Positions 16,318 to 24,906 are shown, numbered from the stretch's first letter. The stretch: 32,000 nt of DNA from Vibrio vulnificus CMCP6 (GCF_000039765.1 NC_004459.3:2451127-2483126); one strand, 5' to 3'. Program-made: numbers and translations. Notes: a model not told the origin generated them from the letters alone.

Positions 16318-16746
16318 ATGGCAGCAAATGGAGCAATATACATACAAAGAGATAATGTTGATCTAAAAGATGTATTTGATGATGTGACAAGCGACAAAGG
16401 TATATTTAGAAAGCCAACGTACTACGATGTCAAGTTAGGTGAGGATGTTGTTCGATTCAATATTATGGAATCTTCAGAAATTCCTAATCATATTGATGGT
16501 TTTCTTGGGTACATCGCTTCTTTGAACAATAGCGACGATAGAAAAGAGAATACTAGTTACGCAATTAGTCATACAAAAGTTGTGCTTGGACTAGTTTCTG
16601 ATACTGACTTTGAAGATAACCACAAGATCTGGCAAAGCCTATTTCAGATAGCAGACAAATATGACGGCTTTGTCTTCGTTTATGACAGCGTTCTTTTACC
16701 TAATGGGGCAGCCTTGGTTGGACCATTGGTACAAACAGACACTTAA
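16318..16746 (+). CDS. hypothetical protein, 142 aa
   Basis: ATG after SD aaaggag (16306-16312); track start 16300 lies in attC. Confidence 0.7.
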   Translation: MAANGAIYIQRDNVDLKDVFDDVTSDKGIFRKPTYYDVKLGEDVVRFNIMESSEIPNHIDGFLGYIASLNNSDDRKENTSYAISHTKVVLGLVSDTDFEDNHKIWQSLFQIADKYDGFVFVYDSVLLPNGAALVGPLVQTDT

Positions 16747-16868
16747 CAAAGCATTTAAGACGGATTCCCAACGCTCGGCATTTTTGGTTTGCTTCAACTT
16801 CGGTGTTTACGGCATCATACTTTAAGTTTGGTGGTCTGCGTTGCTCACCACTTAATGCGGCGTTATAA
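16741..16868 (+). repeat. attC site 27 (subtype IV, 128 bp)
   Basis: R'' ACTTAAC / R' GTTATAA. Confidence 0.9.
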
Positions 16869-16882
16869 GCCAAAGAGGAAAT

Positions 16883-17251
16883 ATGGAAAATTCTTTAATA
16901 CTTGTTACTCTCAGTGCGGAGCAAATATCCCAAGCTAAAGCGGTCAATGGGCAGCGCAAACAGATTACCCATGCATTGCTTTGCGGTTCTTATGGGCAAA
17001 TGTTTGGTACTGAAAAACAGTGCTCGAAATACTACAACGTATGGAAAGATATTTTCCAAGACCTATTTTCCGAGTCAAAATCTGTGCAGGCTTGTGATGT
17101 GATTAATTATGAATCAACCTTTGATTTAGTGAACATTCTAATAGCTGCTGCTGACGAAAAGAAACAGGTTAATAAATGCATTAAACCAACTAAAGGTCAG
17201 AAACCTCAGCCAACAGAAAAGAAAGGGTTTTGGGCACGTATCTTTGGGTAG
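16883..17251 (+). CDS. hypothetical protein, 122 aa
   Basis: SD aagagga; lysine/proline-rich C-terminal tail; no family recognised. Confidence 0.7.
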   Translation: MENSLILVTLSAEQISQAKAVNGQRKQITHALLCGSYGQMFGTEKQCSKYYNVWKDIFQDLFSESKSVQACDVINYESTFDLVNILIAAADEKKQVNKCIKPTKGQKPQPTEKKGFWARIFG

Positions 17252-17253
17252 GC

Positions 17254-17381
17254 TTATAACAAGCAATTTAAGAGGGATTCACAACGCTTGGCATTTTGGG
17301 TTCTACTTCAAATTTAGTGTTTATGGCACAATGCTTTAGGTTGGGTGGTAGCGTTGTTCACCCCTTAATTGGGCGTTATGT
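17254..17381 (+). repeat. attC site 28 (subtype IV, 128 bp)
   Basis: R'' TTATAAC / R' GTTATGT. Confidence 0.9.
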
Positions 17382-17392
17382 TTACAAGGAGT

Positions 17393-18052
17393 ATGATGAA
17401 AAAGGACAAATTTGCTCGAAAGCTTACAAAACTAGATGATCGTGCATATATACGGAGATGTATGTGGCCTGATTTAGATGTAAGGATAGAAAAAGAGTTT
17501 AAGACCTTTCAGAAAGAGTCTCTAGCTGCTTTTGGTGACGTGTACCTGACTCAATTGAAACAACGAAAAAAATACAGAAATTCAAACTTATTAAGTAGTC
17601 AGTTCCATAATGCAACATACGTAAAATTCGGTAGTAGAAGTCTAGGTATAGCTAAAATTCCAAATGAAAATAAGGAACCTTTGGCGATATGTAGTGAACG
17701 AAATGCGCAACTTTATTACACTCAAGGCTCAATTGGAGATGTTTTAGTAGTGCTTTCTCCGTACACCTCAGAGATCTACAATGTTCACGAAAAGAATATT
17801 GTCATTGCTAGATATAAACAACCTGTAGACATATCGCCTAGGTTGATTAATAAGCATCTAAAGGTTTTCAAAAAATATGCTTTGGCCTCGAGTCATGCCT
17901 CTGCTGGGTTATTATCGCCATACCTGTTTAGGCGTTGGCTACAGTTAAAAGATTTCAGGTACAAAGACAACAATAGAGCAGAACTGATACGTGTTATTGA
18001 AAGGGTTATTTTGGTCTCGCTTGCTGCAATTAGTGCTTGGTTGGCAAAATAA
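17393..18052 (+). CDS. hypothetical protein with C-terminal hydrophobic anchor, ~219 aa (ATG 17393 or 17396)
   Basis: SD aaggag (17386-17391); C-terminus VILVSLAAISAWLAK; track start 17369 lies in attC. Confidence 0.7.
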   Translation: MMKKDKFARKLTKLDDRAYIRRCMWPDLDVRIEKEFKTFQKESLAAFGDVYLTQLKQRKKYRNSNLLSSQFHNATYVKFGSRSLGIAKIPNENKEPLAICSERNAQLYYTQGSIGDVLVVLSPYTSEIYNVHEKNIVIARYKQPVDISPRLINKHLKVFKKYALASSHASAGLLSPYLFRRWLQLKDFRYKDNNRAELIRVIERVILVSLAAISAWLAK

Positions 18053-18180
18053 ACATAACAAGCAATTTAAGAGGGATTCACAACGCTTGGCATTTTTGCT
18101 TCTACATCAAATTTAGTGTTTATGGCACAATCTTTTAGGTTGGGTGGTAGCGTTGTTCACCCCTTAATTGGGCGTTAGAA
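18053..18180 (+). repeat. attC site 29 (subtype IV, 128 bp)
   Basis: R'' ACATAAC / R' GTTAGAA. Confidence 0.9.
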
Positions 18181-18197
18181 ATTACAAGGAATGTATC

Positions 18198-18677
18198 TTG
18201 CGTAAAAATAAGATTTTTTGGGGCTTATCAGCCCTATGTCTGAGTATGCCCATTGCAGCGAGTAGCGCAGACAAATTGCTGTTAGAAGCGAACTCAAAGT
18301 TAGCATTATCGTATTCACCTTATCGCCTTGCTGAAGTTGAAACTACCGATTCAAAGTCGGTATTTGGTCAAATAATGGCAGGAACTCCTGGGCAAACAAT
18401 TGCTGTAGTAGACAAACTTGTACTGAAAGATGTACTTGATAGTTTCCATCAAATGTGTGGCTATCAGCCAAGTCAAGTGACTGCCATAAATGTAGTCTCA
18501 CATAGCTACCCAGAGTTTTATGAAGTGTGGGAGTTTGATGACAACGACTCACATATGGACAACGGAAAGTCAGCTCTATCATTGGTTTTAAAAGCTTTAC
18601 CCAATAATGGTGGAACAGATATAGACATTTATGGGGATTGCCATCCCAAACCACTGAGTTTCACGAACCTAAAGTAA
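18198..18677 (+). CDS. secreted hypothetical protein, ~159 aa (TTG start)
   Basis: TTG 7 nt after SD aagga (18186-18190); then a signal-like RKNKIFWGLSALCLSMPIAASSA; start choice is uncertain. Confidence 0.6.
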   Translation: MRKNKIFWGLSALCLSMPIAASSADKLLLEANSKLALSYSPYRLAEVETTDSKSVFGQIMAGTPGQTIAVVDKLVLKDVLDSFHQMCGYQPSQVTAINVVSHSYPEFYEVWEFDDNDSHMDNGKSALSLVLKALPNNGGTDIDIYGDCHPKPLSFTNLK

Positions 18678-18678
18678 T

Positions 18679-18805
18679 TTCTAACAAAGCATTTAAGAGG
18701 GATTCACAACGCTTGGCATTTTTGGTTTGAATCGGCTTTAGTGTTTACAGCACAATGGTTTAGGTTAGGTGGTGGCGTTGTTCACCCCTTAATGCGGCGT
18801 TATTC
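18679..18805 (+). repeat. attC site 30 (subtype IV, 127 bp)
   Basis: R'' TTCTAAC / R' GTTATTC. Confidence 0.9.
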
Positions 18806-18829
18806 AGCTTAAGAAACTTCGAGGAAATA

Positions 18830-19627
18830 ATGGAAGAAAAGTACAAAATCCACTCATTTTATATTCTAACAATTCTTTTAACGATAATTGTACTGTTAGT
18901 TACCGTAGAGTGGTCGACAATAGAAGGATTGAAAGATTACATATCTTTTGCACTTACTGTGTTTTCACTAGGTTTAGCTATTATAGCTATCATTTATTCT
19001 ATGTATTCAAACTCATCTCTTACGTCGAGTTTAACGTTGCTGGAGACTTCAAGTAGTAAACTATCTTTGACATCAGAAAGTCTTTCTTCGTCTACTAATC
19101 AATTATCGGAAACTGTTCGAGGTATCCCAAAGGCCATTGAAAAAGTAGAATCCAGAGTTTCTGAAACTCATGATTTAGTTAAAAATTTGGAGTTAAGTGC
19201 TCCACCTTCAAATATTGTCGGGAATGTATCTGACGAGCTATCCGAGGGGTTTATAAATGACTTTATTAGTAGGTTATCTTACAACGGATTACTAACATTG
19301 TTTACTATCAACTTTTTCTATCGTCACAAAATGATATTTGAATTTGACGGAGAATTAGTAGAAGCGATGGAAATGGACAAAGATTATGCATTTGCTTCGT
19401 TTATAGCGATGAAAGCTATGGGGCTATTTAAAGTTAAAGATAAAGGAAGTGCTTATTTGGTAGTCGATTTTCATCCATATACCGACTCAATGATTGTCAA
19501 AGGGTTGAATGAAAAAATAGGCGAGTTGTTTTCTGATGAAGAAGACTTACTAAACGAAGTGAAAGAGGATTTCAATCGCTTTCAAGCTTATTTAAACTCA
19601 AAAATGGAAGCAGAAATCGCAGAATAA
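18830..19627 (+). CDS. 2-TM membrane-anchored hypothetical protein, 265 aa
   Basis: SD gagga; two N-terminal TM helices, a Ser/Leu-rich helical linker, and a C-terminal globular part of unknown family. Confidence 0.75.
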   Translation: MEEKYKIHSFYILTILLTIIVLLVTVEWSTIEGLKDYISFALTVFSLGLAIIAIIYSMYSNSSLTSSLTLLETSSSKLSLTSESLSSSTNQLSETVRGIPKAIEKVESRVSETHDLVKNLELSAPPSNIVGNVSDELSEGFINDFISRLSYNGLLTLFTINFFYRHKMIFEFDGELVEAMEMDKDYAFASFIAMKAMGLFKVKDKGSAYLVVDFHPYTDSMIVKGLNEKIGELFSDEEDLLNEVKEDFNRFQAYLNSKMEAEIAE

Positions 19628-19718
19628 CAAAGCATTTAAGAGTGATTCGCAACGCTTGGCGGTTTCGCTTCGCTCAAGTATAGCCAAGCGTCGCTCACAC
19701 CTTAATGCGGCGTTAGTT
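19622..19718 (+). repeat. attC site 31 (short subtype S, 97 bp)
   Basis: R'' GAATAAC / R' GTTAGTT. Confidence 0.9.
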
Positions 19719-20072
19719 GCCAACGAGGAAAACGCAGCTTAAACAGAATGTTTAGAGTTAAAGTCAGTGTGTTTTTGGTGGGGTTTCGTACTTCAATTTT
19801 AAATCGTTCGGGTTTGTGAAAATCGTTCTCAGGTTTCTTTTGTGGTTGGATTCGTTTCAGAAACCGAATCACTAGTTGAGAGTCAGCTCTGTGACATTGT
19901 CTTTTCAAATGAGCGTTTTGGTGTTGTCAGTTCGTTTTCTACGGCGTTGCGTGTTCCAAGTGGTTTCAGTGACAGGCGCTTTGAAACTGCGCCTGAACTG
20001 AGTTTTTCAAAGCACGTAAAGCAAGTGTTGGCAAAGTGGTAATTAACTTCAAGTCAAAGCTTTAGGTTTGGC
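19719..20072 (+). mobile_element. gene-less cassette body, family C copy 2
   Basis: aligns with C1 and C3; ORF 19842..20042 judged non-coding. Confidence 0.8.
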
Positions 20073-20199
20073 AACTAACAAAGCATTCAAGAGGGATTCA
20101 CAACGCTTGGCAGTTTTGGTTTGAATCAGCTTTAGTGTTTACGGCACAATAGCTTAGGTTGGGTGGTGGCGTTGTTCACCCCTTAATGCGGCGTTATAT
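20073..20199 (+). repeat. attC site 32 (subtype IV, 127 bp)
   Basis: R'' AACTAAC / R' GTTATAT. Confidence 0.9.
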
Positions 20200-20352
20200 G
20201 CAGTGCAGCTCTGAAACATAGACATTAAGCTAAATTTATGATTTATGTGACCTCAGTTGCTTATTGTCATTCTTATTATCACTAAACTTGTCGAGTCTGT
20301 TCAAAGCAGAACATTGGCTTGCGAAATACAACGGAGATAATAAGGAAATATA

Positions 20353-20493
20353 ATGAGAGTCTTAATTTTATTGTTGGCTACATTGTTTGTGAGTAATTCT
20401 GTCCTAGCTCATGGCGGAGGGTGTCGTAAGAGTTCACCACCTGGTCAATGTTGCCACAAAGACAATAGTACAGGCACAGTACATTGCCACTAG
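20353..20493 (+). CDS. small secreted Cys/His-rich peptide, 46 aa (absent from the ORF track)
   Basis: SD aagga (20342-20346); MRVLILLLATLFVSNSVLA then HGGGCRKSSPPGQCCHKDNSTGTVHCH (4 Cys, 4 His in 27 aa); only plausible ORF in this cassette. Confidence 0.6.
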   Translation: MRVLILLLATLFVSNSVLAHGGGCRKSSPPGQCCHKDNSTGTVHCH

Positions 20494-20505
20494 TCTGAAC
20501 CTTGC

Positions 20506-20632
20506 ATATAACAAGGCATTTAAGAGGGATTCAAAACGCGTGGCATTTGCGGTTTGAATCCATTTTTGTGTGTACTTTGTTCAATTTTAAATTGGGGGTA
20601 AGCGTTTTTCACCCCTTAATGCGGCGTTAGCT
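20506..20632 (+). repeat. attC site 33 (divergent subtype IV, 127 bp)
   Basis: R'' ATATAAC / R' GTTAGCT. Confidence 0.85.
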
Positions 20633-20672
20633 AACCAACGTAAGAATAATAATATGTAGTAAGGAAATATAG

Positions 20673-21548
20673 ATGGCAGGTAATTTTCGAGTTCATGCAT
20701 TTGGTATTGTTGGACTAAACGACAAAACTGATGACTTAGAGGACGTTTTAAACGATATACTCGCTGATGATATCGAGGACCGTGTTAGAACAATTGGTCA
20801 ACACGAGATTCGAGTAGAACATATTGAGAAGGTTGACGGTGTATGGCATCTAGACTTTGTGAAATTTCGTGATGTTCATGGACCTGGTAAAGGTTCGAGA
20901 AAGACAAAGGTTTTAGGCTTTGACTTTAAGGCGGGTGAAGTTTTTTGTGAGGAAACTGCATTAATGTACTGCCCTAAGCGCAGTTACATTTTACTTCAGT
21001 ATAACCATCATGGGGTTCGGTATTCTGCTATAGAGGATTACTTCAGTGTTTATAGTGGGAACCCTGATAATCAATATGAGCTTCAAGCCAAGTACGATGA
21101 TGATGTGGATCGCAAGTTTACATCTAGGAAAGCGACTAAGTCGCTAACCTTGGCAATCGATCCTAGGCTGTTAAGCGATAAGGATCGAGACTCAAAGACA
21201 GCATTAGGCAGTGCAATTGAGTTGGGTGACAAGTCAAATGCGTCGAAGATTGAAATTACTATCACAGCAGGCAGAGAGAAGAAGCGTTTTCTTTCAAAGT
21301 TTATCGACGATACTGCGACAAAAATGAAAAAACTTGCAGAGAAAAATCCTGATGCAGTAGGTAAATTGCGTGCAGGAGTTGTTAGCTCGGGCGTCGATGA
21401 AAAACTGCAAGTTTTAGACTTAATTGAAGAGCGTTTGTGCCGAAACTTTACTGATATCCCTGTAGGCAACGATAAACGTTGGCCCAGAGATGCGAGATAT
21501 AAAGCTCTCGAAAGGGCACGACGCGGTTGGAAAAAAATAATGGGTTAA
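20673..21548 (+). CDS. hypothetical soluble protein, 291 aa (gene 1 of a two-gene cassette)
   Basis: SD aagga (20661-20665); no TM segments; motif Y-x-P-x8-Y-N-H (residues 99-112); family not recognised. Confidence 0.8.
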   Translation: MAGNFRVHAFGIVGLNDKTDDLEDVLNDILADDIEDRVRTIGQHEIRVEHIEKVDGVWHLDFVKFRDVHGPGKGSRKTKVLGFDFKAGEVFCEETALMYCPKRSYILLQYNHHGVRYSAIEDYFSVYSGNPDNQYELQAKYDDDVDRKFTSRKATKSLTLAIDPRLLSDKDRDSKTALGSAIELGDKSNASKIEITITAGREKKRFLSKFIDDTATKMKKLAEKNPDAVGKLRAGVVSSGVDEKLQVLDLIEERLCRNFTDIPVGNDKRWPRDARYKALERARRGWKKIMG

Positions 21549-21553
21549 TTTTT

Positions 21554-21976
21554 ATGCACTTATATGTTGAAAAATCATATCCATATGTTTTGGCTTCAGG
21601 TGCCAGCTTTGCGTGGTTCTATTTCAAAATGTCGTTTCCAGTAGGGAACGACATTTTGTCAGCATCTCTAACAATTGGAGCCATACTTACTGGCTTTTTA
21701 GCTACAGCAAAAACATTGCTTATGACTTTAGATACGCCTGTAATGAATAGGATCCGAAGTACAGCTTATGCTCAAGATTTAGCCTCTTACCTTGGTGAAG
21801 CTATTTGGCTATGCTTTGGCTTTTGTGTCTTAGCAATGGTTGGCTACTTTTGTAGTACTAGTAAACTTTGGTACGGGGTTGTTTGGATTTTTATTTCAAT
21901 TGCAGCGTCATTTGCTTTCATTAGGGTGACGACGATCATGCTCAAAATCATTAAGCACCAACCAAGCAAAAGTTAG
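21554..21976 (+). CDS. small 4-TM membrane protein, ~140 aa (gene 2; alternative TTG start at 21527 overlapping gene 1)
   Basis: ATG 6 nt after the upstream stop; four hydrophobic helices by eye; basic C-terminal tail. Confidence 0.75.
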   Translation: MHLYVEKSYPYVLASGASFAWFYFKMSFPVGNDILSASLTIGAILTGFLATAKTLLMTLDTPVMNRIRSTAYAQDLASYLGEAIWLCFGFCVLAMVGYFCSTSKLWYGVVWIFISIAASFAFIRVTTIMLKIIKHQPSKS

Positions 21977-22100
21977 CTAACAAACAATTCAAGAGTGATT
22001 CAGCACGCTTGGCATTTTTGGTTTGGGTTCGGTTCAGTGTTTACGGTGTTCAAATGAAATGTCGTGGCAGCGTGCTTCACACCTTAATTGGGCGTTAGCT
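21975..22100 (+). repeat. attC site 34 (divergent subtype IV, 126 bp)
   Basis: R'' AGCTAAC / R' GTTAGCT. Confidence 0.85.
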
Positions 22101-22190
22101 TACTCGCAAGCAGTAATACTATAAGCAGACTCAGAGTATTAGCATTTTGTTATTATTTCATCATTTCTATGAGTGATATCGGTATTAATA

Positions 22191-22538
22191 ATGTCTAACT
22201 TCAATGTTGTGTTGGTGACCAGTTTTCTGTTCAATTTTGCGTTAGACATGATGGAAACTGAGAGTTTTAGGCTTGTAGCAGTAATGGTTTCCTTCTTTGT
22301 GTCGCTGTCGTTTATCCTAGATCAACAAACTTGGTTTCTATCGACGGCAGAGAAGTTTGCTGATTGGTCAAAGGCGTTTTTCATTGCCTATGTAACTTGT
22401 GAAATTACGCTGGTCATAAACTTGGTTTATGTCGTAGTTAACAAGTACAGTGTGAGTTCAATGGCTTGGTATACGCCAAGTTTATTGCTAGGCGCATTTT
22501 CTCTCTACAGGATGAGAAAAAACGCAACGTCTCAGTAA
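22191..22538 (+). CDS. small multi-TM membrane protein, ~115 aa (alternative GTG start at 22173)
   Basis: hydrophobic throughout; weak SD, so the start is uncertain. Confidence 0.6.
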   Translation: MSNFNVVLVTSFLFNFALDMMETESFRLVAVMVSFFVSLSFILDQQTWFLSTAEKFADWSKAFFIAYVTCEITLVINLVYVVVNKYSVSSMAWYTPSLLLGAFSLYRMRKNATSQ

Positions 22539-22664
22539 GCTAACAAAGCGTTAAAGAGGGATTCATGCCGCGTGGCATTTTTGGTATGCGGTGAGTTTTG
22601 GTGGTGATGGTGGTCTGCGGAAAGCTGGTTTGGGCGGCACTCACCCCTTAACGCAGCGTTATGT
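22538..22664 (+). repeat. attC site 35 (subtype III, 127 bp)
   Basis: R'' AGCTAAC / R' GTTATGT. Confidence 0.9.
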
Positions 22665-22684
22665 AACAAGGAGAGTTTGGCTAA

Positions 22685-23191
22685 ATGGAAGTAATATCTG
22701 AAAGGCTACGGATGAAGCCATTATCGGGAAATGACTTGTCTTTATTTCTACAACTCCATACAAACCCAAGTGTCATTTCGCTCTGTTTCGATGAACTGCC
22801 AAAGTTAGAAATTGAGAGTAAATTTAAATCTCGATTAGCACCTTGGTTTGTAGATTCGGAGCATTGGTTATGTTTAGTTGTTGTCGAGTCCACAACGAAT
22901 AAAGCAGTAGGTATAACAGGTTTTTGTGTTAACGATTCTGTTGCTGAAGTTGGGTTTATGTTTTTACCCGAATATCATGGGCTCGGGTATGGTACAGAGT
23001 CACTGCAAGCCCTCATAAATTATTCAATGTCAGAGTTCGGCATCGATAAATACAGTGCAGTTGTCACCGAGGGCAACATTGGTTCCGAAAAGGTACTTAC
23101 AAAAGTGGGTTTTGTGCTCGATAGGATAGTGCCTCAAGCTTATGAAATTGGTGGTCATTTGTACGCAGACCATGTCTACAAATATGCGTAA
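22685..23191 (+). CDS. GNAT family N-acetyltransferase (RimJ/RimL-like), 168 aa
   Basis: SD aaggaga; ERLRMKPLSGNDL.. N-terminus and HGLGYGTES motif. Confidence 0.8.
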   Translation: MEVISERLRMKPLSGNDLSLFLQLHTNPSVISLCFDELPKLEIESKFKSRLAPWFVDSEHWLCLVVVESTTNKAVGITGFCVNDSVAEVGFMFLPEYHGLGYGTESLQALINYSMSEFGIDKYSAVVTEGNIGSEKVLTKVGFVLDRIVPQAYEIGGHLYADHVYKYA

Positions 23192-23198
23192 AATTGTT

Positions 23199-23325
23199 AC
23201 ATAACAAGGCGTTCAAGAGGGATTCATGCCGCGTGGCATTTTTGGTTTGCAGTGAGTTTTAGTGGTGAAAGTGGTCTGCGGAAGGTTGGCTTAGGCGGCA
23301 TTCACCCCTTAACGCAGCGTTATGC
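23199..23325 (+). repeat. attC site 36 (subtype III, 127 bp)
   Basis: R'' ACATAAC / R' GTTATGC. Confidence 0.9.
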
Positions 23326-23676
23326 TTAATTACGTAAAATCAGTGGTTTATGGTTTTTCTTTGTTCCCTCAGCTTTTTAGTTTTGTGCTCGTCGGCAAGT
23401 TGGCTTTTTTGAGCGCTGTTTTTCGGACACTTATTCTTTGGCGCTAAAAACTCTGAGAATTGCCTCAATCAATTCTCGGGCAAGCGCGAGGTTAGGGCGG
23501 TTGGCTCAATCAGAAATCCATTTCTAGGTTTTCAAACTTCAAACCAGATTTGCCAAAATTCCGAGCCTGATTATCAAAACTATGATTCATTTCGGTTTTC
23601 TGTGTTTTGGCTTTTGTGTGTAAATCAAAGTCGAGTTAATCTTGGTTCTATTAAAACGTAACCCATTGAAGTTTAA
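23326..23676 (+). mobile_element. gene-less cassette body, family A copy 3 (paired with a subtype III attC rather than II)
   Basis: aligns with the other A copies. Confidence 0.8.
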
Positions 23677-23803
23677 GCATAACAAGGCGTTCAAGAGGGA
23701 TTCATGCCGCGTGGCATTTTTGGTATGCGGTGAGTTTTGGTGGTGAAGGTGGTCTGCGGAAAGTTGGTTTAGGCGGCACTCACCCCTTAACGCAGCGTTA
23801 GCC
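23677..23803 (+). repeat. attC site 37 (subtype III, 127 bp)
   Basis: R'' GCATAAC / R' GTTAGCC. Confidence 0.9.
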
Positions 23804-23813
23804 GTCATGGAGC

Positions 23814-23842
23814 TTGCTATACTCAAAGTGATAGAATAGTAT
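23814..23842 (+). promoter_or_regulatory. candidate sigma70 promoter of the toxin-antitoxin cassette
   Basis: TTGCTA (23814-23819), 17-nt spacer, TAGTAT (23837-23842); about 30 nt upstream of the antitoxin ATG. Confidence 0.5.
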
Positions 23843-23847
23843 CACTT
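23826..23847 (+). promoter_or_regulatory. candidate antitoxin operator (perfect 8-bp inverted repeat)
   Basis: aagtgata-gaatag-tatcactt, overlapping the -10 region. Confidence 0.5.
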
Positions 23848-23871
23848 TAGTATTTCTTTGGAGCAGCTCTC

Positions 23872-24129
23872 ATGAAAGTAGAACTAGTTACATCACTCAA
23901 ACGCCAAGCAACAAAGATCCTTGCCGATCTCCACGACACTAAAGAACCAGTGTTAATTACCGAACATGGTAAGCCATCGGCATATCTGGTTGATGTTGAT
24001 GATTACGAGTTTATGCAAAATCGTTTAGCGATTCTTGAGGGGATTGCACGAGGTGAACGTGCATTAGCTGACGGTAAAGTGGTGAGTCACGATGAAGCCA
24101 AGGACAAAATGTCAAAATGGCTGAAATAA
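23872..24129 (+). CDS. Phd/YefM-family type II antitoxin, 85 aa
   Basis: ..KEPVLITEHGKPSAYLVDVDDYEFM.. is typical of Phd/YefM; overlaps the downstream toxin gene. Confidence 0.85.
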   Translation: MKVELVTSLKRQATKILADLHDTKEPVLITEHGKPSAYLVDVDDYEFMQNRLAILEGIARGERALADGKVVSHDEAKDKMSKWLK

Positions 24130-24419
24130 TCTGGACTGAGCCAGCGCTATCCGACCTCAATGATATCGCTGAATACATCGCACTTGAAAATATCGTAGCT
24201 GCAAAACAATTGGTTCAAGCGATCTTTTCTAAAGTCGAGCGCTTAGAGGCTTTCCCTGAATCGGGTCGCATTCCGCCTGAACTAGAACATCTAAGTTATC
24301 GTGAAGTTGTAGTTAATCCGTGCCGTATTTTCTATAAACAAGACGGCGACAAAGTATTTATTTTGTTTGTTATGCGTGCTGAGAGAGACTTGCGTAAGTT
24401 CCTATTGAGCAAGCAATAA
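24117..24419 (+). CDS. RelE/ParE-family type II toxin, 100 aa
   Basis: ..IIWTEPALSDLNDIAEYIA..FPESGR.. is the ParE/RelE pattern; 13-nt overlap with the antitoxin gene. Confidence 0.85.
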   Translation: MAEIIWTEPALSDLNDIAEYIALENIVAAKQLVQAIFSKVERLEAFPESGRIPPELEHLSYREVVVNPCRIFYKQDGDKVFILFVMRAERDLRKFLLSKQ

Positions 24420-24434
24420 CCTTTGGGAATGAAC

Positions 24435-24562
24435 GGCTAACAAACTGTTTAAGAGTGATTCGCAACGCGTGGCATTTTTACTATGCGTTAGGTTTAGTGT
24501 TTAAGGTGTGACATGCGGTGGCTTCGGTATTGCGTTGCTCACACCTTAACAGGGCGTTATGC
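24435..24562 (+). repeat. attC site 38 (subtype I, 128 bp; identical to attC 1 up to the G of R')
   Basis: R'' GGCTAAC / R' GTTATGC. Confidence 0.9.
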
Positions 24563-24906
24563 TTAATCACGTAAAATCAGAGGTTTATGGTTTTTCTTTA
24601 TTCCCTCGGCTGATTGGTTTTGTGCTTGTCGGCAAGTTGGCTTCTGTGAGCGCTGTTTTTCGGACACTTATTCTTTGGCGCTGGAAATTCAGAGAGTTGC
24701 CTCAATCAGTTTTCGCGTAAGCTCGAGGTTAGGGCAGTTGGCTCAATCAGCAATTTGATAGTAGGTTTTTGAGTTTTATCTGCCAAATTTCAAAGTCTCA
24801 TTTTCAAAGATTATGAGTCATTTCAGTTTTTAGGTTTTGCCTTTTGTTAGCTAATCCTAGTCGAGTTAATCTTAGTTTTGGTAAAAATGTGGGCGTTGAA
24901 GCTTAA
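24563..24906 (+). mobile_element. gene-less cassette body, family A copy 4
   Basis: aligns with the other A copies. Confidence 0.8.

Noticed and set aside
21083-21469. Antisense or alternative-frame ORFs inside well-supported genes: 21083..21469, 10923..11186, 9554..9739, 9723..10010, 18343..18654, 6997..7191, 7471..7692, 3856..4056, 2773..2970, 4543..4737, 16902..17102, 22681..22893, 30248..30451, 31632..31814 and 31750..31971
   Set aside because: They overlap longer ORFs that have an SD, a sensible cassette fit or family motifs. They are typical shadow ORFs.
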